Shown: one piece after another, positions 40,201 through 53,667 of the stretch
Position numbering within the stretch: position 1 is the stretch's first letter
Layout: each line of letters opens with the position of its first letter
Assembly: GCA_040954595.2 (NCBI GenBank)
Contig: CM082589.2
Location: 9,126,894 to 9,190,893 of the forward strand
DNA length: 64,000 nt
Direction of reading: 5' to 3'
DNA from: Balanoglossus misakiensis
Lineage: Eukaryota > Animalia > Hemichordata
Position numbers and translations under genes: made by a program
The notes under the pieces: model-generated
Seen by the model: only the letters and a program-made list of their open reading frames with translations
What the model was told of the DNA's origin: nothing
Database searches by the model: none

Positions 40201-41008
40201 GATAGTTTCAGCTATAAAAAAAGTGTAAGCTTACATTTCGTTCTATACTTGTCCTTCAACGACCCCATATTTGCACCGCTGGTTACAGTGTCATAAGTCC
40301 GCGTCCGTACGCCAGCTGACAACAACCCGTGTAACAATCTGTTGGATAATGTTCATAGCATTTCAAAGTTACGACGCGAGAGCATATTACATTGACGTAT
40401 TCTGGGTAAATAAAAGATGAAAAAACAATATAAGTCCGTATCGTACAATGTCACTGTATTTACACTTACCTGTAGTTGACGAGTAGTCTCCCGTTCGGTA
40501 AATACAGCGAAGAATTCCAATTGAATCCATGACCTTCCTCGCACTTGAAACTGACCCTCCCCGGGTGGCCCATCATAGTCGTGCGCTTTGAGGCAAGAGT
40601 TCCTCGACATGCTCCGGAGTGTGATTCGACAGTTTTTACGAGGTTCTGGACAGAGAGGGTCGTTGTCAAATACATCTGGTCATCAGTCCGTTCTATTGGA
40701 CACCTCTGGTACACGGGTTTGTGGAAAGCACCTTCTTCTGGTTCGTCACGCATACCACCATCGCCGTTCGTTTTGTGACTCGTCAGGAAGAAATCAAGTA
40801 CCGTTGATAACACGTCAAAATTTGTTGCCCTACCCTCCTTCATCAGAGTTCGAAGCTTTGAAATTTTACGTTGAATTGCTGTCTTATCTTCAGTAGTTGG
40901 GGCAACAAAATCAACATTTCCGCGGACAGTGTTATCCCGCACCCGACGTATGTGACGATCCCTGATTGCTTCCCTAGTCATGGAAGGACAAATCTCTGAA
41001 CCCGGCAT
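37257..41008 (-). pseudogene. Intron-rich Kolobok-family (KolobokP-like) DDE transposase, 10 exons, one frameshifted
   Basis: Exons 41008-40470, 40338-40235, 39946-39879, 39758-39646, 39408-39299, 39124-39023, 38761-38669, 38452-38310, 38127-37972, 37684-37587 and terminal 37418-37257 (10 introns, all GT-AG, phases compatible; 11 segments counting the terminal exon). Motifs SDARHG, HDNNASV, NDTWH, KTHCYWAM, HYQDNHAGC, YVESFNN, LDW|NENVDRP. Exon 37684-37587 is 98 bp, so out of frame. Confidence 0.8.
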
Positions 41009-41262
41009 GTTTAAAAAAAACTCGAAAAATTAAAAAAATGTTGACTGAAAATCTAAAAATATATCAAATTGTAAATAAAGAAAAACTGCAAATGTTTAGT
41101 TTTTTTAATTTTTTGTTGGTATTTTAAAAATGTTTTCCTGTTTTTTGGTTACTTTTTCATGAATATGCGAATTAGATATTACATATTCATGAGCACACAC
41201 GCATTGCCGAGCATAGGTGGTTTCCAAGGCTTCAGCCTCGTGGTTGCGTGGTTTCATGTGTG

Positions 41263-41989
41263 CATGGAGGTACTAGAGAGAAGGAGCGAGGACGGATTTT
41301 AAGCGGATTAACTCCCTTTCTTCTGAAGTGTGATAAGCTTCTTAAGTCTTTGTGTTTTTGTGTTGAAAGCGTCCTTTGAACCCACTGTGCGTTACCGCCG
41401 ATTTTACAGTTAGGTTTGCAAGATCTACGGGGTAATATTTCTATGATATTAAAAACACTATGCGCACATCGCGTACTACATATGCGTGGTGACTTTTATT
41501 TACATCTAGGGGTGAAGTTTACGCATCACCACTACCGGAAACGTGTCAGGCGGACGTCTTGGAAGACTTGTGGCGTTATTTTTCTTCTTTGTACAACCAA
41601 AAAGCATGATTTTGAAATGTATATTTTGAGTTTTTCGCAAACTTCCGCAAAAAACAATAAGTTCTTAGGTTTTCTTTGAAAACCAATCTTCCCGATGCAA
41701 GTATTTTTGTTCGCGTGGGATGGTGTGGGATGCCCGATAGTCACCATTGTAATTGCTAGTGCAGAGACTTTTGGCACAGCAGTTTGATCTGGTTGAATAT
41801 GCTAAATGTAAATCATGGAGACACGCCGCCAGCTATAATTTGTTTATCTACGCAAGCGCACAGCTTTTATGAACGCCTATCAGGTGATGAAAGGATGAGA
41901 TCCTAATGATATCTGCAAACAGATTAAGACGCACATGGGGTTTATAGGAAACAATAGCGTCCTCGCTCCTTCTCTCTAGTACCTCCATG
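41263..41989. mobile_element. MITE with perfect 32-bp TIRs and 7-bp TSD (P-element-like termini)
   Basis: CATGGAGGTACTAGAGAGAAGGAGCGAGGACG (41263-41294) is the exact reverse complement of 41958-41989. ATGTGTG is duplicated at 41256-41262 and 41990-41996. Confidence 0.9.
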
Positions 41990-42005
41990 ATGTGTGGGCG
42001 GGCGT

Positions 42006-42073
42006 GGACCGAAACGGCGAGGTTTTGACGAAAATTCGGCAAAAAAATGTCAAAAATCTCCCCGTTTCGGTCC
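42006..42073. repeat. 12-bp inverted repeat pair abutting TTAA; candidate 5' terminus of the Kolobok element
   Basis: GGACCGAAACGG (42006-42017) ... CCGTTTCGGTCC (42062-42073), then TTAA (42074-42077). Confidence 0.55.
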
Positions 42074-43858
42074 TTAAATGTGCCCAAAGCTCATAACACA
42101 TTCAGAAAACGACGTTTGCGAGCGAATGGACAGAAGTAAAATAGTCTATGGTATCGCGACAGACATGTGCATCGTGTGGGCGGTACGCGGTACATCCGAT
42201 TCATGTTGTTTTAGTCGATGCCTTCATTTCCTGCCAACGTAATCGTCGGTGTAAGACTGCTTTTTACGGTAAACTGTACAATGAAGGTAAGTTCTTATCA
42301 GCTATTTTCGGATTGCATGTGATGCGAGTTTCGTTCGGTACGTGCGATCGATAGTATGGCATGCAGAGGACGGCCTAAGTATAATCTCATTCTGGGTCAT
42401 AGCTGTGGTGTTTTCTGGCAATTTTTGTCTGACATTTTGCGGGCAATTTTCTGATCGACACGGAAAAAGAGTCCGTAAAAAGGAAAAGTACAATTAGCCA
42501 GAAAACACCTCAGCTGCAGCTATGGACCCACGCCACGCACAGTCTGACTTGGGCGGGAAAAACTTGTTTGTAACATTTTCCTGTGCAACTAGGCCATATG
42601 TTAATTACTTGTTTGTTAAGTCTTGTAACACTCCTTTGTCTCAATTTATTGTGTAGCACACTGTTTCCAGTCTCCTTGTATTAATAAAGTGCAGGTGCAG
42701 GTGGTGTTTACAATGTGAGATTTGAACATTGCCAGGTTGGGGGTTGAAACCAAAGGGTCCCATTATTTTGGGAGAAGTGGTTCAACAACATTGTCAAGAA
42801 ATGTGCATTTTTATGAGTGACAAATATAGATGATTGCCTTTCCATCAAAATTCAAAACTACAAAGTTATTGTTTATTAAACTGACATATAACATTAGTAT
42901 ACGATATATTAAGAAAATGTCTGTGACAACATCAAGCAGAAAATTGAAAGTCTCAGCCACAGTTACAAGATTGGTTGTGACCACAGCCTGAACACAGACA
43001 TACAAATGCCATGCATTTGGTACTAAATTTTGGTAGCAAATGACAAGGAAAGAACATCTGATTTGGAAGTAAATTATACAATGCAAACATTTGGATAAAT
43101 TATTTACAGTAAATTAAACCACAACAAAATGAACTTAAATTCACCAAAGTTAACAATATCTTGTATATTTACTCTGCATCAGAAGTCACAAAAATCTCCA
43201 TGTCATTAGAAAAATATTCCATATTTCTGAATGTACGTGTAGTGTACAAAATATGTCCACACTGAGTAATCAAATTGCATGCACATACAGCTGGAAATAC
43301 TTCACCTCTCAGTTATAATCAATATTCCAGCGTTTCAAAAAATGTGTTGCCATTTTTGTTTGTTTGTACAATTTCAATATACGTTTATTTCTCTTGTAAT
43401 CTTCCAAATTTGGTGCACAACCCCCATGATTTATGCAATATTCTTGTTCCCACTCTTTGATTGACAGCTTGGCTATTCTGTATGATTTCATCAGCTTTGT
43501 TCCTACTTTCACCTTAGCTTCTATATATTCATTTATTAACTTCATATCATTGGGAAGGGCCTTCAAAGAATTTCGTGATTTATCAAATTATTTGACTTCT
43601 TTTGTCTCTCCAAGGACAAATATCAGACTGTCCATCGTGGTTGAAGAAGTATCACTAACTTTACTCTGAGATTGATGACTCTTCATGTGTGGCTGTTATC
43701 TTTGCTGTTGATTTGGCAACTTATGATACTTGACTTGCCTGAATGAAAACAAGAAAACAACATTAAGGTTTAACAGCAATAATAATGAGTTTTTCTTAAA
43801 GTGATTTCCTTTTGTGCCACTTAAACTGACCTGGGGTTCCACAAGGTCAACATGAAAT

Positions 43859-44312
43859 ATTGAACACCTATTGCCTGGCCATGAGGGCCATAGCGGCCGT
43901 TTATTACACCCGAGGGGCTGTGAGTTACGAGAATCATATGCTATTTCCCGAGGCCGCAGGCCTCGGGAAATAGCATCTGATTCTGGTAACTCACAGTCAC
44001 GAGGGGGTAAAAACGGCTGCTATGGCCCGAATATAGGCCAGGCTATAGGTGTTTTATAATAAACCTCATGCTAACAGCTGGGAAAATCTTGCAATTTTTT
44101 CTTGAGGCTGGCAGACGACATCTTCAGTGGTGGCCATTGTGTCAGACGACGCGACGCTGATTGACGTGACCGAGTCTGCGCACTCACGCGGGTCACGTGA
44201 CCGGTTTATATTTTTTCTGCTATTTCCCTAGCGGTTCATAGTCGATTCTATTTTCCTATCACGTGACGGATTCTGGCGAATCACGGCACAGTATTAGCAT
44301 GAGGTATATTAT
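43859..44312. mobile_element. Hairpin-type non-autonomous element inside an intron of the transposase-like gene
   Basis: ~200 bp near-palindrome at 43859-44060 centred on CCGAGGCCGCAGGCCTCGG, plus a second IR pair ATAAACCTCATGCTAA...TTAGCATGAGGTATAT. Confidence 0.65.
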
Positions 44313-45962
44313 AAATGTACATATATGTGGGTGTGTCATGTTTCATATCTTTTCCCACTCACACACATTTATCTTTCCTTTCTAAAATAAAATTGAAATG
44401 ACTATCTCCTGCACTGTGACATAATTATGTGTTTGGAATGTGGGCTTGCAGATTTATTTGGGGATGGGGGGGGGGGGGGAGGAAATAAGAATGAGTGGAA
44501 CCTTGAAATGAACAATCCCATACATGGTAACTTCACTATAGTAATAGTTACCTTCTTGAGTGCAGCAATTTTCCATACCATTGACTTCCATCCTTTCTGC
44601 TTCAACTGTCTCCTCAGTGTGCTCTGTTTCCAAATCACAGTCTGTCATGTTGATGTCTTCCCCTGTACTATGCTGTGTCTGTCTTGTATCTTCTATTGGT
44701 ATACTGCAACGGGTCTCCTCAGCATTGCTACCATGTAATGTTATGTTCCTTTCAGGTACACTTGTCGGCTCGATGTCATTCATGTCCATGGTGATATCAG
44801 GGCAAGTATATCATCTTCTACTGAGAGGATGTGTTCATGGGAACCAGGATTAATCAACAAGTCATGGTCATCATCATCTACACCAATTGGATGCTCTGGA
44901 ATTTCCTCGGATTCTATAAGGTAGTATAAAATATTGACATTTTTTTGTAGTGCTTGTATTATATAGTGTTATTTCAAAATTTATTACTGTGATAGACTAA
45001 TCATAATTCAAAAATACTTTCAAAAGTTCATTTAACTAAGCCGTTCCAGCCAGTATTTATGTCACTCCATTTTGCTAAATCAGGCGAGAAGCAACACATT
45101 TCGCCCATTAGATATACTTTCATTGAATTCATGTGGTATTGAAAGTTGAACATGGCTGGGTATATATAGGTCAATTAATTTTGACAGGCTGAAGTGAAAG
45201 AAATTCATATTTTTGAAAGTAATGTTTCCCCCAAAATTATATGCATACAGATGAAGTCACTTATTTGGTTTGACTGTGATGTAATATGCTCTTACGTCTG
45301 CTATCATCTTGAAAGCCTGTGACAGTGAGGCTACCACTTCTTTCATCATTGCTGTCATAGAGCTTTATCTTGTGGATTGGTAAAGCAATTGCTTCACTTC
45401 TTACTCTGTCCACACAATCTTACCAACACCTGTTGATATCACATTGTACCTTTTGCAGAGATTATGACCGCTGCAGATGAGGTCCTGGTTCCTATAGAAA
45501 TAAACAGGTAAGGAGATTGATCAAACATTCTTTATATAACAGTTTACACACAACACCAATGGCTAATGTAAGTACTATAATCTTGGACAATTTTTACAAT
45601 ATAATTTTCCAAAATAAATAAGGATTTGCATGCTGTTAAAGGGACAAAGTCTCTCTCTCTCGCTGCCCTTTCCCCATTAATATTATGTTTCATTCAAGAC
45701 ACTGTTTATGTTAATGTACATGTGGATATATACTGAATGAACATTCAACCACACACACCTTCCATCCCGCTTGTAGACACGAGAGTGAAAAACCTTGCCA
45801 AAATGAACAATCGGTCTCTACCATTTATTCATTTTGGGCGAGTTTTTACTCTCATATACAAGCATGGTGGAACTTGTGTGTGGTTGAAAGTTCATTCACT
45901 ACATATACACATGTACATTAACATAAATGGTGTTTTGTATCAAACACAAAAAGAAAAAGGGC

Positions 45963-46110
45963 AATCAATCAATCAATCAAAACAAACATTTATAAAGCGC
46001 CAGAATCAATAACAATGTTATTTCCAAAGGCGCTGAAAGTATAACATCAGTGTTCGTAGGCTTTGAGAAATAGAAATGTCTTGAGTTTTTGTTTGAGGGC
46101 AGCGAGTAAG
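45963..46110 (-). mobile_element. L2-type LINE extreme 3' end, interrupting a TTAA-MITE that starts at 45640
   Basis: Minus strand KQKLKTFLFLKAY, an AGCGCC...GGCGCT stem-loop and a (TTGA)n tail. Confidence 0.6.
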
Positions 46111-49100
46111 AGACTTTTTTAGAAAGCCATAAAAAATGTGGGATATCCGAGAATAGTTCTATTATTTGTAAAAATGGAGGTTGCTCGTCACAAAAAATAA
46201 CAGAACCTGCTTGACAGAAAAGTTCCATGAAAAAGACAGGGCATGTATAGATGTAATTTTTGATGCTTTGATACTATATTTTAGATTAGTTTTTCCTGTC
46301 CCAAAACACCATGCAATCTGTTGTATTATGTCTGCATATAATCAACAGTAATTGTTATTGAAAAGAAATAAAAGTGTGAGTTAAAATATTTGGGACTAAA
46401 TTGCACTGCAGATACCTTGAAATCATCCTGGGTATCAGAGTTAAAAACTCTATTGCTTCCTCATGTCTCTGCCACAATGCACCTTCTCCTGGCAGCACGA
46501 AATCTGCAATCCTTTCATAGTGGCTTTGCAGTAGTGTTGGTCGTCGCAGTATTTCGTCCTCAGGGATTACTGTATTCTGACGTTTTGGGAGCTGCTTTCC
46601 AATTTTGCTAATTTCAGATTCTATAATTTGTGATGGATCTCTTTCTTTTGTCATCTCTTCTTCTGCACCTAGACGTATCATGGCATTACCTATGATACCA
46701 CCTGGATGCTTGGAGGAAGTTGTTTTCGTCACTCTCCGTATTCGATTGAAAACTCGCTCCTGGTTTTCAGCATTTGTTGACCTCAGAGAAACCAATCTCA
46801 GTTGATCAGGTAGATGGACGGTGATATTATGGAAATACCGCCCGAACATCTTTCGTTTGGTAAGTTTCTTTGGCTTCTCAAATACCCTTTTGCACAATAT
46901 TCCATGCAAAAATACAGTGTTATACAATCGCAGAATCAGTCGTAGGCATCTGTCATTGTCATGGTTATAAGCAGTTTCGCTTATATCAGCAAGCGTGTCA
47001 ATAAGCTGACCATGCTCAGTATTTATGTTGTTCTCGTGAAGATACTGGGACACCAGAAGGATAGCTTTGCGTGCATCGCATCCCCGAATTTCGTCTTTAC
47101 CACCATATGTTGCCTGAATAAAGTTCTGTAACTTTACTGCTTCTTCTTTATCCTTGGTTTGTGCTGGAATTTCTTCTAACACATTGTGGATGTGTCCCTT
47201 CAGGTCATGGAGTGGCTCTGATGGCAAAATTTCATATGCAGAGCAGTTTATTTCAGCAAGATTATATTCTGGAGTGAGATGGAGCAGTGCTGGTACTCTC
47301 TGCATACCATGTAAAATTTCAGAGAGTTTAGATTGTAAGTCTGGCTTCTTTAATCCTTCGGTTTCTTCACCCCTAGCATCAAGCTCTCTCCTAAGGTCGG
47401 CCACTGTTAAGTTGGCAAATGGATGGGGAGTTTGCCGTGACCATACTGGGCTGCCCTTGATTAACAAGTTACGTTTCTCATCTATTGACAGATATTTCAG
47501 ATGGTAACATGCAGACAGATCATCATGTCTTCTTGACTCTATTCCACAGATGCACTGGTAGTGACCTCCTTTCTGGTGCCAATCCTCAAACTCCTGTGCC
47601 GGTCCATCGCCATGAAAAAATCGGTGGACATCTGTGTATTCCCTGGAACCTTCGTCGGATGTTATTGGTCCTGTTGCACATTTTAGATCTTCTACTCTGG
47701 TTTCAACATATGACAGCTGATCAACGTCATTGGAGTTGGATCGTCCCATTATATATAGATGTGGCTTCTCAACAAGCGAGTCAACGTTTACTTTTTTTCC
47801 GTGTTTCTCCAAGTACTCCTCATTTGTCAGATATGTTGCCGCGTCGTATATCCAGCTCACCATGAAGACAATGTGGGAATGGTTGCCTACAGTACTGTGG
47901 TCATGCCATATTTTGAAGTGCCGTGAGTGATGTAGTCTTTTTAATTTACTGCGCATTTCATCGATGGTTTCTCCTTCTTTCAACTCGTGTATTCTTTGTA
48001 GCTCATCCCTTATTTCTTTTTCTTCTAGGTTTTGGTAATGACCGTCGTCATACCCATAAACATGGCTTCTCAGAACACCAAGCTTAATTTGTCTGTCAAG
48101 CTCTCGTTTTCGGATTGTCTGTAAGTTTATTTTTCTAGCGTAGATTGTATAAGTTTCTTCTTTTAATTTGCCATCTTTTCCAATGGTCATCTTTTGGAAC
48201 TCTTTTGGTGCTATTAATTCACCGATGTCGATTTCGCCACTTCTTATTTTTGTTTTCAATATTTCTTGCAGGGCTCTTGCTGGTCGGTGTTGAGGAAGTG
48301 ACACCTCCCCCCAAGACCTTTCAATGTTTTACGGCGTACTCTTCTGACAAAATCTCGACCTTGAACCTTCTTATTGATATTGAACTTGTCAGTGTCGATG
48401 CCAGCTGAGGTTGCATACTCTTTCAGTATTTGGCCACCATTTGCAGCTGTTAGCCCGTACTTTCTCGCAAGGCTACTCCAGTTGACCTCCTTGCCAGCAT
48501 CATAATTGGAAAGTTCATTAACAAATGAGCTTTTGTCCCATTCAACAGACTCTGTTTTTCAACATGGTCTTTTGGTGTCAGCTTGTTGAGGGATTCTAGT
48601 TGTAGACGGCGATTTACTCGCTTCTTGGCAGAATCGGTAGACTCAAAGTCAACAGACCGTCAACATGATTCGTAGCAAGCAAATGACTGACCGGATCCTA
48701 GGATTGTTTTTAAATCTCCGTCATTTTTAGCGTGGGATTTTTCGATGCTTTGCTTGACATTAGTATAAAGTGCTCGTCTGTCTTTCTTTTTCTGTTCTTT
48801 GCTGATTTTTGTCTGTAGCTTGAACCCCGGAACTTTGAGAAGCGCTTCACTGAAAGGTGTTGAGTACACTTTATTGTATGACTCCTCTACTCGCTGATAT
48901 AGCTGTCCGGCAGTTCTTACGGCAGATTTAAGAGGGACAGTCAGCTTTGTCTCATGTGGATTTTGGAGTTGTTGCATCTCTCCCATTGCATCTTTAATTA
49001 CCTCAACAGTCGAGAAGGAAAGACTTTTGATATGTTTCTGATAGTACTTGTTCAAAAGCAGAACATCAACATTGCTACTTTGGCACTCTTGACAGTCAAG

Positions 49101-52100
49101 TGCTGTGTGTAGGATTTGCCTTGATAAAGGCAGTTTTTGCCAACTAGTTGCAGAAAAATGCTGGAGAAATACTGACATTTTTCCTGTTGGAATTCAACCA
49201 TTGAACTGAAGCACTTAGTGTTTTCTCAAATCGTGGCAGTTTAAATTTAAACTGGTAACTTGCATATTTCTGCTGTTAGCCAGGATATCATGATATTTGG
49301 CATACCTTTGTCCAATGGATATGTTGTAAACAGGCATAAATCTTGATGTATTTTCAGCCTTTTCCTGAGTAGACTTTTCGGAATTAGAAAGCTCTTTTGT
49401 TGCTCTTGCAGCTATGGCCATAAAATAACCACAAAATGCCATGATGACATGCCAACTGAACAAGTGCATACCTCCAAATAACAGCTGAAGGGATCGTCTG
49501 CTGCAATTTGAATATGGCGCCAATTTTACATGAACGAAGGAAAAGTTGAACTTTGACCTTTCAAGACGCACTATTTTGATGGGGTAAAATGAAAACCATG
49601 TACTCACCAGATTGAAGTTGAAATAAAGGTTTATTTTCCTCATATAATGTTGTCATGGCTTGTTAAATAAATGAATGAGTGACAGTAATTACTATTTGTG
49701 GCTAAAAATCATCCCAAACTGATTGGGAATTATGTATGTTCACGATTTTCTGAACTGTAGCGACACTAAAATGATCGTGAACGCGGGCGGGCGCTAATGG
49801 TAGCGTCCATGTCAGTTGCTAGGATACGCGTATACGATCAGCTGATTTTACCCACAATGCATCACGCCAACTAAGGCATTATCTAATGGCGCCCCTGGAC
49901 GAGCGTCCCAGGGTAAGGATAATTTACGAGGCGGAAAATACGAAAAATCCACCGCTAAACAGCTTTATTTTCTGACACCTCTGGTCGTAATCGAAGGTTA
50001 ACATGTTCGCCCATTTCAAGATTACGATACTGTGTTTGAAAACGAAGTTAATGATTCAGCATAACCCTATAAATGTTGGAATTTTGGCTGCCGGTCAATG
50101 GGTAGTCGATAATCTACATCGTCAAAATATTATGGCAGCGAAATACACTACAGTATGGGTCCTATCAGAGAAAGTTGACGGGTCATAAGGTGAAACTAAA
50201 AAATAATAATGGGATTGTGAGCATCTAGCGGTGGATTTCTTTTAAGAATATCATTTTCGACCCCAAAAATGCCACTTTTTGTCACATGATAATAGTTTTG
50301 GAGGTTTTCTCGGAAATGTCTCATTTTATTTGCTTGTCTTGAACATGAATTACATCAACTGATCGGCTGGTGTGGTTACAATTGTTTATTATGCTCGATT
50401 AACGTATTCTGTCTGTCGATAGAGGGCGCCCTTGTGTGGGCCCACGCCTTAACGTACACGAGAATGGCGTTCCACCGGAAGTATCACCATGGTTGCCTAC
50501 TTACTTCACAATTTCATTTTTATAGATCGATCGCCAAAAATTGAGATAATCCGAATTATTTTATACGTAATCATAATTTACGCGTACAAGTGTCGTTTGT
50601 TGTTCCGAACGTATGTTCCACACGTATGCCACGTCACGTGACAAGGACGTTAGCCAATCACATGAAGCAACATCTGCATGATACTATCGAATCAGAGCGC
50701 GAGCTCAAATGGATTTGGAGAGACATCTTGACCGCGTCTCTGAAAAGCCAAAGGTCATTGTTTAAATGATAAAAAGGATTTAGCAAAGTTCACATCAAAA
50801 TAGAGGAAAAATATTCACCTATCTATTATGTTGTTGATTGATTCATTCCAAGGTGTACATTAAGAACTGTCCCTCATTTGACTTAATAATCCAAATTACA
50901 CAAACAATAAACGCATAAATTTTATTGTTATTAATGAAAATACTGGTAGAGTTGATAAGCTGAATACTGGACATTTAAGCATATCTCAATTTGCAAATAT
51001 AGAACTTGAAGTGAACATAGTATCAATACCCAAACAACATGACAATCATGCACCCTTTTTTAAAACTCTAGACCAAGGTAAAATAATTGCCTGAACATTT
51101 TTCATCAGATCCCTTCTATATTTCCAAACACTTCTTGAACACAAATCCAAAATCCAATGGTCACATAATCTAATCCAAACACACCCTTCAAATAAATCTA
51201 TGTCATATAATCCAATCAAAGCACATATTTCAAATACATTTACATCCAACAATTGCCAGGAAAATGTGGAATTGAAAGCCTCTAGAGCTGCCACTTTTTA
51301 GCATTAATTTCCAACTTAAATTAGTCCATCTAAATAAGCTTACTTAGGTATACATGAACACCTTATCGATGCCCGATTATGACTGCATGTTGCAATTTGA
51401 ACACTTTTGTATTAAAACGGTGCCGCACCCATTTCATCAGCCTCCATACAAACAGTACGCAGCTATCGTGGTATGCGTCGCCAAAAGATGACAAACTGAT
51501 GCAAATGCAAGTAATATGGCTTAAGTTGAGGATTTAGAGGATAGGGAATATATTTGAAGTATTTTATTGTTGAAAAATGTGAAATTTGGCAGCTATACAG
51601 GCTTTAATAGACAGGCATTGAAATGACTTTACAAACAAATTTTTCTTGAATGTTTAAGACAGACAGAATCAACCCACAGTCAGCCTAAAATATATAAACT
51701 ATTACAAAATGTTAATTAAATGGAAAATTTTGAAAAAATTTGCTTGGCCACTCATTTGATTGCATTTTTTCCATTTCATATTTTAGGCATGGTATATCAA
51801 TATAATTTGTTGTGTTGTGTATATATTATGCTTGAAAACCAATTGACGGAAATATTAATTTAGAATAATGGTTATATTTTGAGAAATCACAAAGATTTCT
51901 ACATCACTCCCACATCATTGGTTGCTTAGCAACAGACATTCACCCTCCAAGCAAATTAATATCCTTTGAGAAGTATCATGTGGAGAGGATCATGCAGTCA
52001 CATAATCTTTGATTTGTACCATCCACCATTTCATTGTAGGCTTTATCATAAAGGTGTTGTTTGGATTTCTGGCAGTTTGTAAGGTGATATGAGAAATGCA

Positions 52101-52999
52101 TTCCTTTCTGGCAAAAGACAAGAACGTGTACTGCAAATTAATAGCTGGAATCATGATGATGATGATGATGATGATAATAAATATTATTTTTTTTAAAACA
52201 ATATTTTGAAAATAACTGTAAAAGAGATCGCCCACCCTCTCTCTCGTATACAGGAGTGACGTCGTAAAGACACACAGCTCTGCCCAGCATAGCTATGGAC
52301 TTATACGCTGTTTGGGTCAACGCTGCTCTCCGTCCCCACAGCTATGGAGCCATCCATAGGAAAATCCGTTGGGTGCGGAGCAAAATGATACACACCGATT
52401 TTCAAACAATAAACTACATGAACATGTACATAATGTTGTCAGAAATAAAGATCGAACGAAAATTTCACAAATGGGAACCTACTTGACGTGTTTGTCGCCG
52501 AATCGTAAACGTCGTTAATGCAGCGCCGTAAAACTGGTGACCCTCCCATACAAACATAGACGTTCGCCTTCATTTAAGTCATGTGATCAACACGTGACAC
52601 GTGTTTTACTATGCCAAGCAGAGCTACATGGTGCCTGCAATCTGCATGTGGCTAAAACGGCACATATTCTAAGTTGTGCGTTTAATGTATCAGTAGAACA
52701 ATACCTTCATTTTGCAGCTGTGTTGTTTTCATGTTCGCGGAAAACTTCTTTGCCACCATCGGTTTAAAACCACTGTATCAGGTGAATCTCAATTTTTAAG
52801 AGCGATACTTCAAACATGCAGCACTGTTTACAAATCGGGGTCAAAGGTTATATAAGAATAACCATGTACAGTTGGTATTTTTCGGATGTACCTCTGGCCA
52901 TGGCCTTGGTCTATACGTTGTTCTTGACAACATATATTTTTAAAGATTTTGGTTTACTGAATTACATCTATAGCTTATAGTGATGGCTGTTTACCTAAT

Positions 53000-53667
53000 A
53001 ATTATTTTAACAACGCCAACTTAGCTGGCGCTGGATCGAGGGTACAGGACTATCCTAGGTCAAGGGTCAATCGTGAATGTTTAGGTCGCGAATCAGCTGA
53101 TCTTTTACAACAGCGTGTTACGCCCCTTTTTTAAATTTCTCATGAGTGGAGACGTCAGTGAAAGAACATATTTCGGATAATGGAGCATTCTTGGCAGTGT
53201 TTTCAAAGGGTTTCGCAACCTTTCTACATGGGACGTGGCGGCGCTTGGCAGAACTTTGCGAGGTGGTCGTCATCACAGGTCGCACTGTAGTTGAGAGAGA
53301 GAGCCATGACACTGACAAAGCCGGGTGAGTGATTGAGATCCTGGATCAGTTGCCGTCACTCAGATCACTAGACATTCTCTCTCATTAGGGTTTAGCTACG
53401 GTGTTGCCACGGGACCTACGACGTTTTATCGTGACGTCGGTGTTGCCCCGACCGGCCAGGGAAGTATATCAGATATGATGAGTCCGGTGATGACTTGGCT
53501 TTATGGCAGTCGCTGTGCCTGTCGATAAAGGAAAGGAACATGAGTACGACGCGCCGCCAGTGTGATTAGCATCGCTTGGAGCAAGACTAGATGACAGACA
53601 TCGCCAGGGTCGTTGGCAAGACCTTGGCGGGCAGAGATGTGTGACACAGGTCCTCCTACAGGTAAGC
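53000..53667 (+). promoter_or_regulatory. CpG-rich region ending in a strong splice donor; possible first exon/promoter
   Basis: Locally CpG-dense; CAG|GTAAGC donor at 53661/53662 and GG|GTGAGT at ~53325. No recognisable protein. Confidence 0.3.

Larger units (their letters stand above)
43309..49442 (-). pseudogene. Decayed DDE transposase-like gene with RAG1/Transib-like motif order and a SAP domain
   Basis: Long first segment ~49442-46416, broken by stops and frameshifts (ORFs 49215-49643, 48660-49178, 46355-48304): HTH-like NWSSLARKYGL, IWHDHS, FFHGDGPA..CIC, SAP-like LTVADLRRELDARGEETEGLKKPDLQSKL, EPLHDLKGH, YFHNITVHLP, NAENQERVF. Probable later exons at ~45495-45296, ~44920-44552 (acidic) and ~43738-43309 (IKEWEQEY..HGGCAP). 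Confidence 0.7.

Noticed and set aside
35819-50452. One giant element holding both transposase genes
   Set aside because: The candidate TTAA-flanked ends (AGGGGCAATT at 35819; GGCGTGGGCC, reverse strand, at 50448) do not match each other, and no long direct repeats were found.
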